From: a virus
Taxonomy: Duplodnaviria; Caudoviricetes
Length of the DNA: 30,086 bases
Direction: 5' to 3' (one strand)
Virus record (IMG/VR): IMGVR_UViG_3300045902_000811
Span: 1 to 30,086 of that record
The translations under genes were made by a program, and so were the position numbers. The notes under the pieces were generated by a model. It saw only the letters and a program-made list of their open reading frames with translations, was not told the DNA's origin and did not search any database. Below are positions 1 to 7,455 of the stretch, piece after piece (position 1 is the stretch's first letter; each line of letters opens with the position of its first letter).

Positions 1-855
1 ATGATCGAAGCCAACCAACTCACCTTCGGAGTCGAAATCGAGACCATCGCCCCGGCCAGCGCCGTCGCCGAAAGCGGTCTGCGCATCGGCAGCTACCGCC
101 GAGGCATCCAGGTCCCCTACCTGCCGCCAGGCTGGACCGCCGAGTGCGACGGCTCGATCCGCGCCACCGATGGCGGCCACGCCTGCGAAATCGTCAGCCC
201 GGTCCTCCAGGGGGCCGAGGGGCTGGCCCAGGTCGCCGAGGTCCTGCGGACGCTGCAGGCCAAGGGGCATCGGGTCAACGTAAGCTGCGGGGTCCACATC
301 CACGTCGGCTGGAAACGGACCTGGTCGAGCGACGCCCTGGCCCGGCTGGTGACCATCGTCGCCTACGTCGAGAAGGGCCTGTACGCGATCACCGGCACCA
401 AGCAGCGCGAACGCGGCGCCTACTGCGGCGGCGTGCGGCGCTACGGCAACAAGGACCACGCCAAGGACCGCGTCGAACGCGGCCGCTACCACGCCCTCAA
501 CCTCACCAACCTCGCGCACGGCACCAAGGACACGGTCGAGTTCCGGGTCTTCTCCGGGTCGCTTCAGGTGGTGAAGGTCCTGGGCTGGATTCAGGTCTGC
601 CTGGGCCTGGTCGAGCGCGCCCTGGCCGCCAAGCGGATGCCGAGCTTCAGCCCGCGGCCGCCGCGCGGCGGCTGGAAGAAACCCGGCGAAGGCCAGAGCG
701 AGGTCGAACGCCTGATCGGCTACCTCGCCTGGGCCCCCGGCTACGCCCGCATCCACGGCGGCCGCTGCTTCGGCTGGATCGGCGGCGACATCGACCAGGA
801 CACGATCAAGGCCGAGTTCCGCCGCCTGGCCAGGAAATACGACGCGCAACGCTAA
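1..855 (+). CDS. Putative amidoligase (COOH-NH2 ligase, Amidoligase_2-like)
   Basis: Motifs TFGVEIE, DGSI, EIVSPVL, CGVHIHVG, RYHALN, TVEFR. Confidence 0.88.
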   Translation: MIEANQLTFGVEIETIAPASAVAESGLRIGSYRRGIQVPYLPPGWTAECDGSIRATDGGHACEIVSPVLQGAEGLAQVAEVLRTLQAKGHRVNVSCGVHIHVGWKRTWSSDALARLVTIVAYVEKGLYAITGTKQRERGAYCGGVRRYGNKDHAKDRVERGRYHALNLTNLAHGTKDTVEFRVFSGSLQVVKVLGWIQVCLGLVERALAAKRMPSFSPRPPRGGWKKPGEGQSEVERLIGYLAWAPGYARIHGGRCFGWIGGDIDQDTIKAEFRRLARKYDAQR

Positions 856-873
856 CTTCACGAGGTGACTCCC

Positions 874-1788
874 ATGTGCGGACTCTTCGGCTACCTGAGC
901 AAGACGGGACGCGGTCCCGACCTGGACCGCCTCCGACGCATCGCCCTCGAAACGCAGCTCCGCGGCGCTCACGCCTTTGGCCTGGTGTGGGTCGCGCCCG
1001 ACGGCAAGCTGCACGTCTTCAAGCGCCCCGGCTCGGCGGCGGCGAACCTGAACGCGCTCGACCGCTGCCGCGACGCACTCATCGTCGCGGGGCATTGCCG
1101 GTATGCGACACACGGCGACCCGGCCGACAACCGCAACAACCATCCGCATCGCGCCGGCCGAGGCTGGTTGGTTCACAACGGCATCGTTCGCAACCACGCC
1201 AGCATCGCCCGGCGCTACGGGCTGGTGCCAGAAACCGAGTGCGACAGCGAGGTGCTGGGCCTCTTGATGGCCAAGGTCCCCGGCTCGCTGCAACGCCGGG
1301 CGGCGATTGGCGTCGCTGCCGCCGAAGGGCCACTCGCGCTTCTGGGCGTTTGGACCCGGCCAGCCCGGTTGCTCCTGGTGCGGCGCGGCAACCCGCTCTG
1401 GGTCGGCGAGACGCGGACCGGGGCCTACCTCGGCAGCCTGCCGGGCGAGTTGCCAGAGGGCGCTCGGCCGGTCCCGGAGGGCTACGCGATGGTGCATACG
1501 CTCGACGACCGCCTGCAGGTCTCCCAGGTCGGAAGCCGAAACGCGGGCTTGCTCCGCGTCGCGGCGGGTGGTTCCCGCCGCCTGATGATGGCAGCCAGAC
1601 CATTGGGAACGCACAGGGAGAACAACACGATGACCGAGAAGGACTGGGACATCTTCTGCGAACTGCTCGAAAAGCTGGTGTCGCAGCCGGGCTCCTGGAA
1701 AGAGAAGAAGGAGGCCGTCGAAGCCGAGGCTTCGCGCCGCGGCGCCGACACCGCACTGGAAGAGTTCGCCGGCTGGTTTTCGGAGTGA
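874..1788 (+). CDS. Class II (Ntn) glutamine amidotransferase; the domain ends near 1530 but the frame reads through a ribozyme into the next small ORF
   Basis: N-terminal MCGLFG (catalytic Cys2), GHCRYATHG, NNHPH, HNGIV, TECDSE; GAGGTG RBS before ATG 874. Confidence 0.85.
   Translation: MCGLFGYLSKTGRGPDLDRLRRIALETQLRGAHAFGLVWVAPDGKLHVFKRPGSAAANLNALDRCRDALIVAGHCRYATHGDPADNRNNHPHRAGRGWLVHNGIVRNHASIARRYGLVPETECDSEVLGLLMAKVPGSLQRRAAIGVAAAEGPLALLGVWTRPARLLLVRRGNPLWVGETRTGAYLGSLPGELPEGARPVPEGYAMVHTLDDRLQVSQVGSRNAGLLRVAAGGSRRLMMAARPLGTHRENNTMTEKDWDIFCELLEKLVSQPGSWKEKKEAVEAEASRRGADTALEEFAGWFSE
1535..1597 (+). ncRNA. Hammerhead ribozyme, type II topology, copy 1; predicted cut after C1560
   Basis: GCC-GAAA, stem III (ACGCGGG/TCCGCGT), GTC, stem I (GCGGCGGG tggtt CCCGCCGC), CTGATGA-T-GGC; loop TGGTT can pair with the 3' AGCCA (pseudoknot). 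Confidence 0.9.
1630..1788 (+). CDS. Small hypothetical protein (52 aa, MTEKDWDIF...) lying between the two ribozymes
   Basis: Own RBS (AGGGAG) and ATG at 1630, typical codon usage, in frame with the upstream GATase. Confidence 0.7.
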   Translation: MTEKDWDIFCELLEKLVSQPGSWKEKKEAVEAEASRRGADTALEEFAGWFSE

Positions 1789-1789
1789 A

Positions 1790-1858
1790 GCCGAAACGCT
1801 GCGGGCCAGGTCCGCAGCGTCGCGGCGGGTGGTTCCCGCCGCCTGAGGATGGCAGCCA
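1790..1858 (+). ncRNA. Hammerhead ribozyme, type II topology, copy 2; predicted cut after C1821
   Basis: GCC-GAAA, stem III (ACGCTGCGG/CCGCAGCGT), GTC, identical stem I, CTGAGGA-T-GGC-AGCCA; stem III differs from copy 1 but pairing is kept. Confidence 0.9.
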
Positions 1859-1890
1859 ATCCATCGCAACCTCCAGTGAGGAGATTCACC

Positions 1891-2406
1891 ATGAAGAAGG
1901 ACGAGATCAAGATCGGCGGAACGTACCTGGCCAAGGTCAGCGACGAGGTCGTTCCAGTGCGCATCGACGCCGAGAACACGCACGGCGGCTGGGACGCGAC
2001 CAACCTGCTGACCGACAAAAAGGTCCGCATCAAGAGCGCCCAGCGCCTGCGCTGCCCGGCCAACCGCAACGGCTCGGCCCAGGTCCAGCCTGAGGTCCAA
2101 GCCCCGACCGACGGCAACAAAAAGAAGACGCCGAAGGGCAAGCCCAAGCCCGAGGCCAACGGTGAGGCCAAGGCGAAGAAGCTCGGCTGCCTGGACGCCG
2201 CCGCCAGGGTGCTGGGCGAGAACGGCCAGGCGATGACCTGCCAGGAGATGATCGAGGCGATGGCCGCCAAGGGCTACTGGACCAGCCCTGGCGGTGCCAC
2301 GCCTGACCGCACGCTGTACTCCGCCATCGCGCGCGAGATCACGACCAAGGCCAAAGAGTCGAGGTTCGTCAAGAGCGAGCGCGGCAAGTTCGCGCTGGCC
2401 AAGTAG
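1891..2406 (+). CDS. Protein with small N-terminal beta domain, Lys/Pro-rich linker and C-terminal HARE-HTH-like winged helix
   Basis: GAGGAG RBS; C-terminal LDAAARVL...MTCQEMI...GATPDRTLYSAIAREI...RFVK..RGKFAL pattern. Confidence 0.78.
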   Translation: MKKDEIKIGGTYLAKVSDEVVPVRIDAENTHGGWDATNLLTDKKVRIKSAQRLRCPANRNGSAQVQPEVQAPTDGNKKKTPKGKPKPEANGEAKAKKLGCLDAAARVLGENGQAMTCQEMIEAMAAKGYWTSPGGATPDRTLYSAIAREITTKAKESRFVKSERGKFALAK

Positions 2407-2420
2407 AAACGGAGGCCACG

Positions 2421-2771
2421 ATGGACCGCGAAGTTCTGAAGCTGATGGCCCACATCGACCAGACGCGAGCCGAACTGCGGACGGCGCTCGACCGCATGGA
2501 ACCGGATGATCAGATCGAGTTGTTCCGCGATTGCGCGACGGGCCGCTTGGCCGACATGGACGAGCGTGAACACCTGATGGTCGGCATGCTGGCGGCGATG
2601 GCGATTCACGACATCTGGCAAAGTCGGGACGACTGGACGCCGCCCGGCCCGGCGTGCCCGCACTGCGGCGAGGACGACATCGACCATCTGGTCTGGCAAG
2701 ACGACGAGAAGGTGCGCTGCACGAGCTGTGGCACCATCTACGATCCGAACCAGCCGGACGCGGAAGCGTAG
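2421..2771 (+). CDS. Hypothetical protein with C-terminal Zn ribbon
   Basis: GGAGG RBS; CPHC-x(n)-CTSC. Confidence 0.72.
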   Translation: MDREVLKLMAHIDQTRAELRTALDRMEPDDQIELFRDCATGRLADMDEREHLMVGMLAAMAIHDIWQSRDDWTPPGPACPHCGEDDIDHLVWQDDEKVRCTSCGTIYDPNQPDAEA

Positions 2772-2797
2772 CCGGCTCCAACAACCCCATCGCCCGT

Positions 2798-2826
2798 GAG
2801 ACCCCCCAGCGGGGTCTCTTCTTATT
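2798..2826 (+). terminator. Intrinsic terminator between the convergent operons
   Basis: Perfect 8-bp stem GAGACCCC-ccagc-GGGGTCTC followed by TTCTTATT. Confidence 0.75.
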
Positions 2827-2837
2827 GGTCGCGTGAT

Positions 2838-3281
2838 TCATCCCGGCACCTCCGGCGCAACGTGGGCCAACGCGGGCGAGCGGTAGGCCCCGGTTGGCGT
2901 CCGGTCCGCCTCACGGCAACCGGACGCGACGTGGGCGAACGGGGGCGAAACGGGGGCCAAGTCCGGGGCCAGATACCGCACCGGCTTGCCCAACTCCCGC
3001 GCGATGCGGATTTCCGCCTGCACGCCGACGCTCTCCTCCCAGCCGTCGAGCATCAGCACAAAGAGCGCGTCACAGCGCGCCAACAGCGCGCGATCGAAAC
3101 GTTGCCAGAAGGTCCAATCGCCGGGCAAGCCATGCTCCACCAGCACATGGCTGTGGGCGATGGGTGAGATCAAGAAATGGCCGGCGCGGAACAGCGCTGC
3201 CGCCGCACGACAGGCCGCGCGGAATCGTTCCTCGCGGACTGACGGGTCGGGATGAGAATACGGAGAGGCAAGGTAGATCAT
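2838..3281 (-). CDS. DUF1937 family (nucleoside 2-deoxyribosyltransferase-like fold)
   Basis: MIYLASPYSH, SPIAHSH, CDALFVLMLDGWEESVGVQAEI. Confidence 0.82.
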   Translation of the reverse strand: MIYLASPYSHPDPSVREERFRAACRAAAALFRAGHFLISPIAHSHVLVEHGLPGDWTFWQRFDRALLARCDALFVLMLDGWEESVGVQAEIRIARELGKPVRYLAPDLAPVSPPFAHVASGCREADRTPTGAYRSPALAHVAPEVPG

Positions 3282-3667
3282 GCTTCCGTCTCCTTCGTCC
3301 CGTTTGGCCGTCGAGGACCGATGTCGATCAGTGTTCCTGGCAGCCGGCCAGCGTCCGCTCGCGCGTCCGTCTCCAGCGCCGCCAGCAAGTTCCAGGCAGC
3401 CGCCACGAGATGGTCCTCGTCGTCACGGCCCGCCAGGTAAGCGAACAGATGGCGCAGGGCCGAGTCCACAAAGCGGCTCAGCGGGATACCCTGCTCCCAG
3501 TTGCGGTCGCCGTACTTGGCCGCGCCTTTCTCGAAGTGCCGCGCCACGCGGATCACGGCCAGCGCGGGAAGCAAGTCGAACCGACCCTTGCCGGCTTGCC
3601 GGTCCCGCACTGCCCCGGTCGCAAACTGCTGGCGCTCGCCGGAATCATGCAGCGTGTAGTCGCGCAT
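3278..3667 (-). CDS. dATP/dGTP diphosphohydrolase domain protein (DUF5664-like)
   Basis: GKGRFDLLP, GAAKYGDRNWEQG, SALRHL, EDHLVAAAWN. Confidence 0.82.
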   Translation of the reverse strand: MRDYTLHDSGERQQFATGAVRDRQAGKGRFDLLPALAVIRVARHFEKGAAKYGDRNWEQGIPLSRFVDSALRHLFAYLAGRDDEDHLVAAAWNLLAALETDARADAGRLPGTLIDIGPRRPNGTKETEA

Positions 3668-3672
3668 GCGGT

Positions 3673-4977
3673 TTACCTCCTCTCTGCCTTCTTGCCCGTG
3701 AACTGCTCGAAGCGCTGGACGATGACGTCGCAGTAGAGCGGGTCCAGCTCCATCAGGAACGCCTTGCGGCCGGTCTGCTCGGCGGCGATCAGCGTCGAAC
3801 CGCTGCCGCCGAACAGATCGATCACGTTCTCGCCGGCCCGCGATGAATACTGCATCGCGCGCACGGCCAGCTCGACGGGCTTCTCAGTCAAATGGATCAT
3901 GTTTTGGGGATTGACCTTTTTGACATGCCACAGGTCAGTCGCGTTGTTCGGCCCGAAGAACTGATGGGCAGCGCCTTCTTTCCAGCCGTAGAACGCGAGC
4001 TCAAAGCAACCCATGAAGTCTTTTCTCGTCAGCACCGGATGCTGCTTGTCCCAAACGATGCCTTGGGAAAAGTAAAGCCCGTGCGCCTTCAGCACCGGCG
4101 GGTAGTTGCCGAGGTTCGCGTAGCCGCCCCAGATGTAGAACCCCCGGCCCGGCAGCAGCACGCGGGCGAGGTTGCCGAACCAGGCGTGCAGCATCTGGTC
4201 GAACGCTTCCTCGGAGACGAAATCGTTGGCCAGGGGCCGGTCCTTGGGCCGCAGCTTCTTGTGCGTCGGTGCCTTTGGCCCCTGACGCGCGACATCGAAG
4301 GACTGATGATGGTTCTGCGGCTGGGTGTTGGACTCGCCGAACGATGACAGGCCGGCCGCGATGGCATTGTTGCTCCTTGGCTCGACCTTCACGTTGTAAG
4401 GAGGATCGGTGTTGACCAGGTGAATCGGCGCGCCGCCCAGCAGTCGGTCCACATCCTCGGCCTTGCCGCTGTCGCCGCAAAGCAGACGATGTTCGCCGAG
4501 GAGCCAGAGGTCACCCGGCTTGGTGACCGCTTCATCGGGCGGTTCGGGCACCTCGTCGGGGTCGCACAGGCCGTCCTTGACGCCGGGGTCGAGCAGCCTG
4601 GCCAGCTCGTCCTGGTCGAAGCCGAGCAGACCCAGGTCGTAGCCAAACGCCTGGACCGCTTCCAGTTCCAGCGGCAACAACTCGAAGTCCCACGTCGAAA
4701 GCTCGTGCAGCTTGTTGTCCGCCAGCCGGAAGGCGGCGACCTGCTCCGGCGTCAGGTCATCGGCCCGGATGACTGGTACCTCGGTCAGACCCAGCTGGCG
4801 AGCCGCCTTCAGCCGCGTGTGGCCGGCGATGAGCACGCCCTCTCGGTCCACCACCACCGGCACCTTGAAGCCGAATTCCTGGATGCTAGCCGCCACGGCA
4901 GCGACAGCCTGGTCATTGCAGCGGGGATTCCGCTCGTACTCGCGCACCCGCTCGATGGGCCAGAACTCGATCTGCAT
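3673..4977 (-). CDS. ParB-like N-terminal domain fused to an N6/N4 DNA methyltransferase
   Basis: NPR, IAGHTRLKAA, RLADNK (ParB/Srx); DPPY, HLTEKP, DLFGGSGST (beta-class MTase); start set at ATG 4977 after the GAGG RBS. Confidence 0.9.
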   Translation of the reverse strand: MQIEFWPIERVREYERNPRCNDQAVAAVAASIQEFGFKVPVVVDREGVLIAGHTRLKAARQLGLTEVPVIRADDLTPEQVAAFRLADNKLHELSTWDFELLPLELEAVQAFGYDLGLLGFDQDELARLLDPGVKDGLCDPDEVPEPPDEAVTKPGDLWLLGEHRLLCGDSGKAEDVDRLLGGAPIHLVNTDPPYNVKVEPRSNNAIAAGLSSFGESNTQPQNHHQSFDVARQGPKAPTHKKLRPKDRPLANDFVSEEAFDQMLHAWFGNLARVLLPGRGFYIWGGYANLGNYPPVLKAHGLYFSQGIVWDKQHPVLTRKDFMGCFELAFYGWKEGAAHQFFGPNNATDLWHVKKVNPQNMIHLTEKPVELAVRAMQYSSRAGENVIDLFGGSGSTLIAAEQTGRKAFLMELDPLYCDVIVQRFEQFTGKKAERR

Positions 4978-4999
4978 GGGACACCTCTTTCCGTTCGGG

Positions 5000-5043
5000 A
5001 AAAACCGGGCCGGGCGGTGCCATAACGGCCTCCGCCCCGGCCC
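5000..5043 (-). terminator. GC-rich hairpin plus short U tract directly 3' of pentamer array B
   Basis: Minus strand GGGCCG-G-GGCGG...CCGCC-CGGCCC followed by GGTTTTT. Confidence 0.5.
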
Positions 5044-5047
5044 CTTG

Positions 5048-5112
5048 GCCATGCCGCGCCTTGCCTTGCCGCGCCGCGCCATGCCCGGTCTAGCCGCGCC
5101 TGGACACGCCGA
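5048..5112 (-). repeat. Pentamer array B: 13 NN-GGY units, candidate guide RNA
   Basis: Minus strand tcGGC gtGTC caGGC gcGGC taGAC cgGGC atGGC gcGGC gcGGC aaGGC aaGGC gcGGC atGGC; 11 of 13 triplets are GGC; intergenic. Confidence 0.88.
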
Positions 5113-5234
5113 GTTAACCAAGTGGTCGTTGCCAAAAGTTCGGACCCGGAAATAAAACTGTCCTCAAGTTGGCGGCTGTTCCCGCGGCGGTCGATTTTTT
5201 TGTTCCGTTCCGGTAGTACCTACGCGACCAGGGT

Positions 5235-5449
5235 GCGAACTCGCGGCTGCGAACTGGTTCGCCCTGCCCGCGTGCGGCGGCCTTTGGGCCGCCCGCACGC
5301 AGGGGGGTATGGGGGGTTTTTCTCGCGCGCACGAGTTCGCAGTTCGTTTTTGTCATTAGTCTTCATCTTCGTTAGAGTTGCGAGGCGAACTCCCCTGCGA
5401 ACTCGGCGGTGAGCAGTTCGCAGCGAACTCGTTGAGTTCGCCGGTTCGC
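5235..5449. repeat. Cluster of GCGAAC/GTTCGC iteron-like motifs with a hairpin; putative replication origin
   Basis: Ten copies (5235, 5249, 5257, 5335, 5385, 5397, 5416, 5423, 5436, 5444) in both orientations at the primase 3' end; hairpin 5270-5300. Confidence 0.6.
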
Positions 5450-7455
5450 ACCGCCGGGTCGTCGGCTACGTTCTTCCTCAACCGTTGCACCCAACGCACC
5501 GATACGCTGCACTGTTCCGCGACCTGGCGGGTCGTCAATTCCGGGTTCGAGCGAAGTAGCTCAAGAACAGCACGCTTGCTTGTCTGGGCATCAACGTCTT
5601 GCACCGCTTGCTCGTGTGGCGGCGCTTGCGTGGCATAGCCGAGTCGGCCACGTCCCATGTCCCACCGATACACACGCCCAATCGCTTCAGCCTTCCGCAG
5701 AAGAACTTTGACCTTGAAATCGTTGATGCCGCTTTCATTTGCAGTCACCAGGATCGCGTCGAGCAGCTTCGGCTCGTAGCTGACGAACGCCGTCACGAAC
5801 CGCTCGACAGTCCACTCCGGTTCGGTCTTCTCTTTGCGCGCTCGCTTCGGCTGCTCGCTCCGCAGCAGCGTCGGATCGAGGTCGTCGGCCGGCGTCCACA
5901 CGGGGAAGGCCCAGCGCAAGCACCTGGGCGTCACTGGCGGCCAGGAACGCACGGCCGCTTCCAGCACGACCACGTCGTCCTCCTCGTGCGGACGCAGGAC
6001 GAGGTGCGTGTCGGTCGCCCGACTCTGGCTGCCGGCGCCGGCGCCCACATCGGTGATCGCCTTGCCCGACTGATTGCCCTTGCTGGTGTGGTGGATCAGC
6101 ACGAAGCAGCAGCCGAGCAAGTCGGCGTAGCGATCAATGGCGTTGTAAACGTTGGCCATCGTGCCGTTGTCGTTCTCGTCCATCTCGCGAGGCATGAAGC
6201 GGTACATCGCGTCGAGGATGATCACCTGGAACCGCCCCGGCTCCAGCGACCGGAAGTATGGCCCCAGCGAGAAGATGTCCTGCCAGTGGCCCCGCAGGTT
6301 CTGCACGAAGACGCGCTGTCCAACTTCACTGAGGCCGATCTGCCGCGCGGCCGCGACCCTGGGGATTCTGTTGGCTGAAGTCTCGCCATGCAGCTCGTTG
6401 TCGATGATGAGCACGTCGCCAGCTTCGCACGCGAACGTGTCGAGCCAGGGTCGTCCCGTGGCGACGGCCAGGGCCAGGTCAGTGACCATCCAAGACTTCC
6501 CAGTCTTTGGCGATGCGATGACGTTCATCGTCTCGCCCCGACGCAGCAGGCCGTGGATCACCGGCGGCCGCAGTTCGGGATAGCGTGCCATCAGGTCAGC
6601 CAGGCTGACTGGAACGAGCGGCGACGCCTCGACCATGAGCTGGTCCCAGTGCCCCTCGGCCATCGCGGTCGCGATCTGGTCGGGTTCGTACCGGGCGACG
6701 CTTGTGGCGATACGCTCCACCTCGGCCGGCTCAAGCCTCGGCCGGCAGCGGTCGTCGTTGACCTGGCACAGCGCCGCCAGGATTTCCGACCGCGTCATGC
6801 CGACGCGGCGCATCGTGCCGGCGAGGCGCGCCAGGGCCACGTTGCGGTGATGTTCCGGGATCGAGTTCGCTTCACCCCCGCTGGCCGCGATGGTGCCCGT
6901 TCCGTTGACCCACGGGTTGGGCGTCGTCGTCAGTGCGTCGAGTTCCGCGATCAACCACGCCGGCGGCTCGGGGAGGCGTTCGGGCGGCTCGTCGAGTTCC
7001 AGGCCCGGCGCCCAGCGGTAGTCGCCGTGTGCAGTTCGGCTGGGCGGCACGACGATGTAGCCGCCGTCGGTGCGAACATCGACGCTCGCTGCCAGTTTGC
7101 CGGTCGAACACTTCCACGCTTTGCCCCCTCGCCGGCGAAAGAGGTAATGCCGCCCGCCGCGCGGCGTCAGGCTCACGGCGCCGGTCTGGGCCAGGGAAGC
7201 GCTGCGTTCCGGGTCGCCGGGCCAGAGGTTGCCGTCGCCGTCGATGTCGATGACCAGCAAGCCTTCGGTCGGGATGCCGATATTGGCGCTCGGATGTTGT
7301 GTCCACCAGCGCTCGATCTGCTCGGCATTGCTCGTGGCGTCATGGAAGCCGTGTTCGGTCAGCGGCGCTTTACCGGAAGGCGCGCAGGGGAAGACCCGGT
7401 AGCGCAGCTCGGCATAGCGGAGAGCAGCCGTCAGCAGTTCGCCAGGGGTCACCAC
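5356..7455 (-). CDS. Bifunctional primase/polymerase (Prim-Pol) + PriCT-like + AAA_25 helicase + C-terminal HTH
   Basis: VFPC..GKAP, NIGI, VIDID, TPRGGRHY, DVRTDGGYIVVPPS; Walker A ASPKTGKS, ILDA, IHHTSK; C-terminal LTTRQVAEQCSVSVRWV. Confidence 0.9.
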   Translation of the reverse strand: MVTPGELLTAALRYAELRYRVFPCAPSGKAPLTEHGFHDATSNAEQIERWWTQHPSANIGIPTEGLLVIDIDGDGNLWPGDPERSASLAQTGAVSLTPRGGRHYLFRRRGGKAWKCSTGKLAASVDVRTDGGYIVVPPSRTAHGDYRWAPGLELDEPPERLPEPPAWLIAELDALTTTPNPWVNGTGTIAASGGEANSIPEHHRNVALARLAGTMRRVGMTRSEILAALCQVNDDRCRPRLEPAEVERIATSVARYEPDQIATAMAEGHWDQLMVEASPLVPVSLADLMARYPELRPPVIHGLLRRGETMNVIASPKTGKSWMVTDLALAVATGRPWLDTFACEAGDVLIIDNELHGETSANRIPRVAAARQIGLSEVGQRVFVQNLRGHWQDIFSLGPYFRSLEPGRFQVIILDAMYRFMPREMDENDNGTMANVYNAIDRYADLLGCCFVLIHHTSKGNQSGKAITDVGAGAGSQSRATDTHLVLRPHEEDDVVVLEAAVRSWPPVTPRCLRWAFPVWTPADDLDPTLLRSEQPKRARKEKTEPEWTVERFVTAFVSYEPKLLDAILVTANESGINDFKVKVLLRKAEAIGRVYRWDMGRGRLGYATQAPPHEQAVQDVDAQTSKRAVLELLRSNPELTTRQVAEQCSVSVRWVQRLRKNVADDPAVRTGELNEFAANCSPPSSQGSSPRNSNEDED

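Noticed and set aside
1531-1860. The two roughly 65-bp direct repeats as a mini-CRISPR, terminators or att sites
   Set aside because: The conserved positions match the hammerhead catalytic core and stems, and the intervening DNA is a gene
144-2093. 649-aa + strand ORF and other long overlapping ORFs (e.g. 14182-15822, 15620-17710, 23619-25097, 27751-29208)
   Set aside because: Arg/Pro/Gly-rich or antisense shadow frames of recognisable genes, expected in high-GC DNA
2352-2361. 10-nt ungapped match CAAAGAGTCG to the joined array A dinucleotides
   Set aside because: A 10-mer match is at chance level for this window size
2855-2950. Short duplication in the DUF1937 C-terminus (SPPFAHVA / SPALAHVA)
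   Set aside because: Two degenerate copies with no 5-nt periodicity; most simply a local duplication in a variable tail
3278-3667. 2-aminoadenine (Z-genome) pathway suggested by the dATP/dGTP diphosphohydrolase
   Set aside because: No PurZ, DatZ-like HD hydrolase or dedicated DNA polymerase gene in the window
4978-5121. 48-aa N-terminal extension of the ParB-methylase in the ORF track
   Set aside because: It is the translation of pentamer array B and its hairpin; a good RBS and ATG lie at 4977
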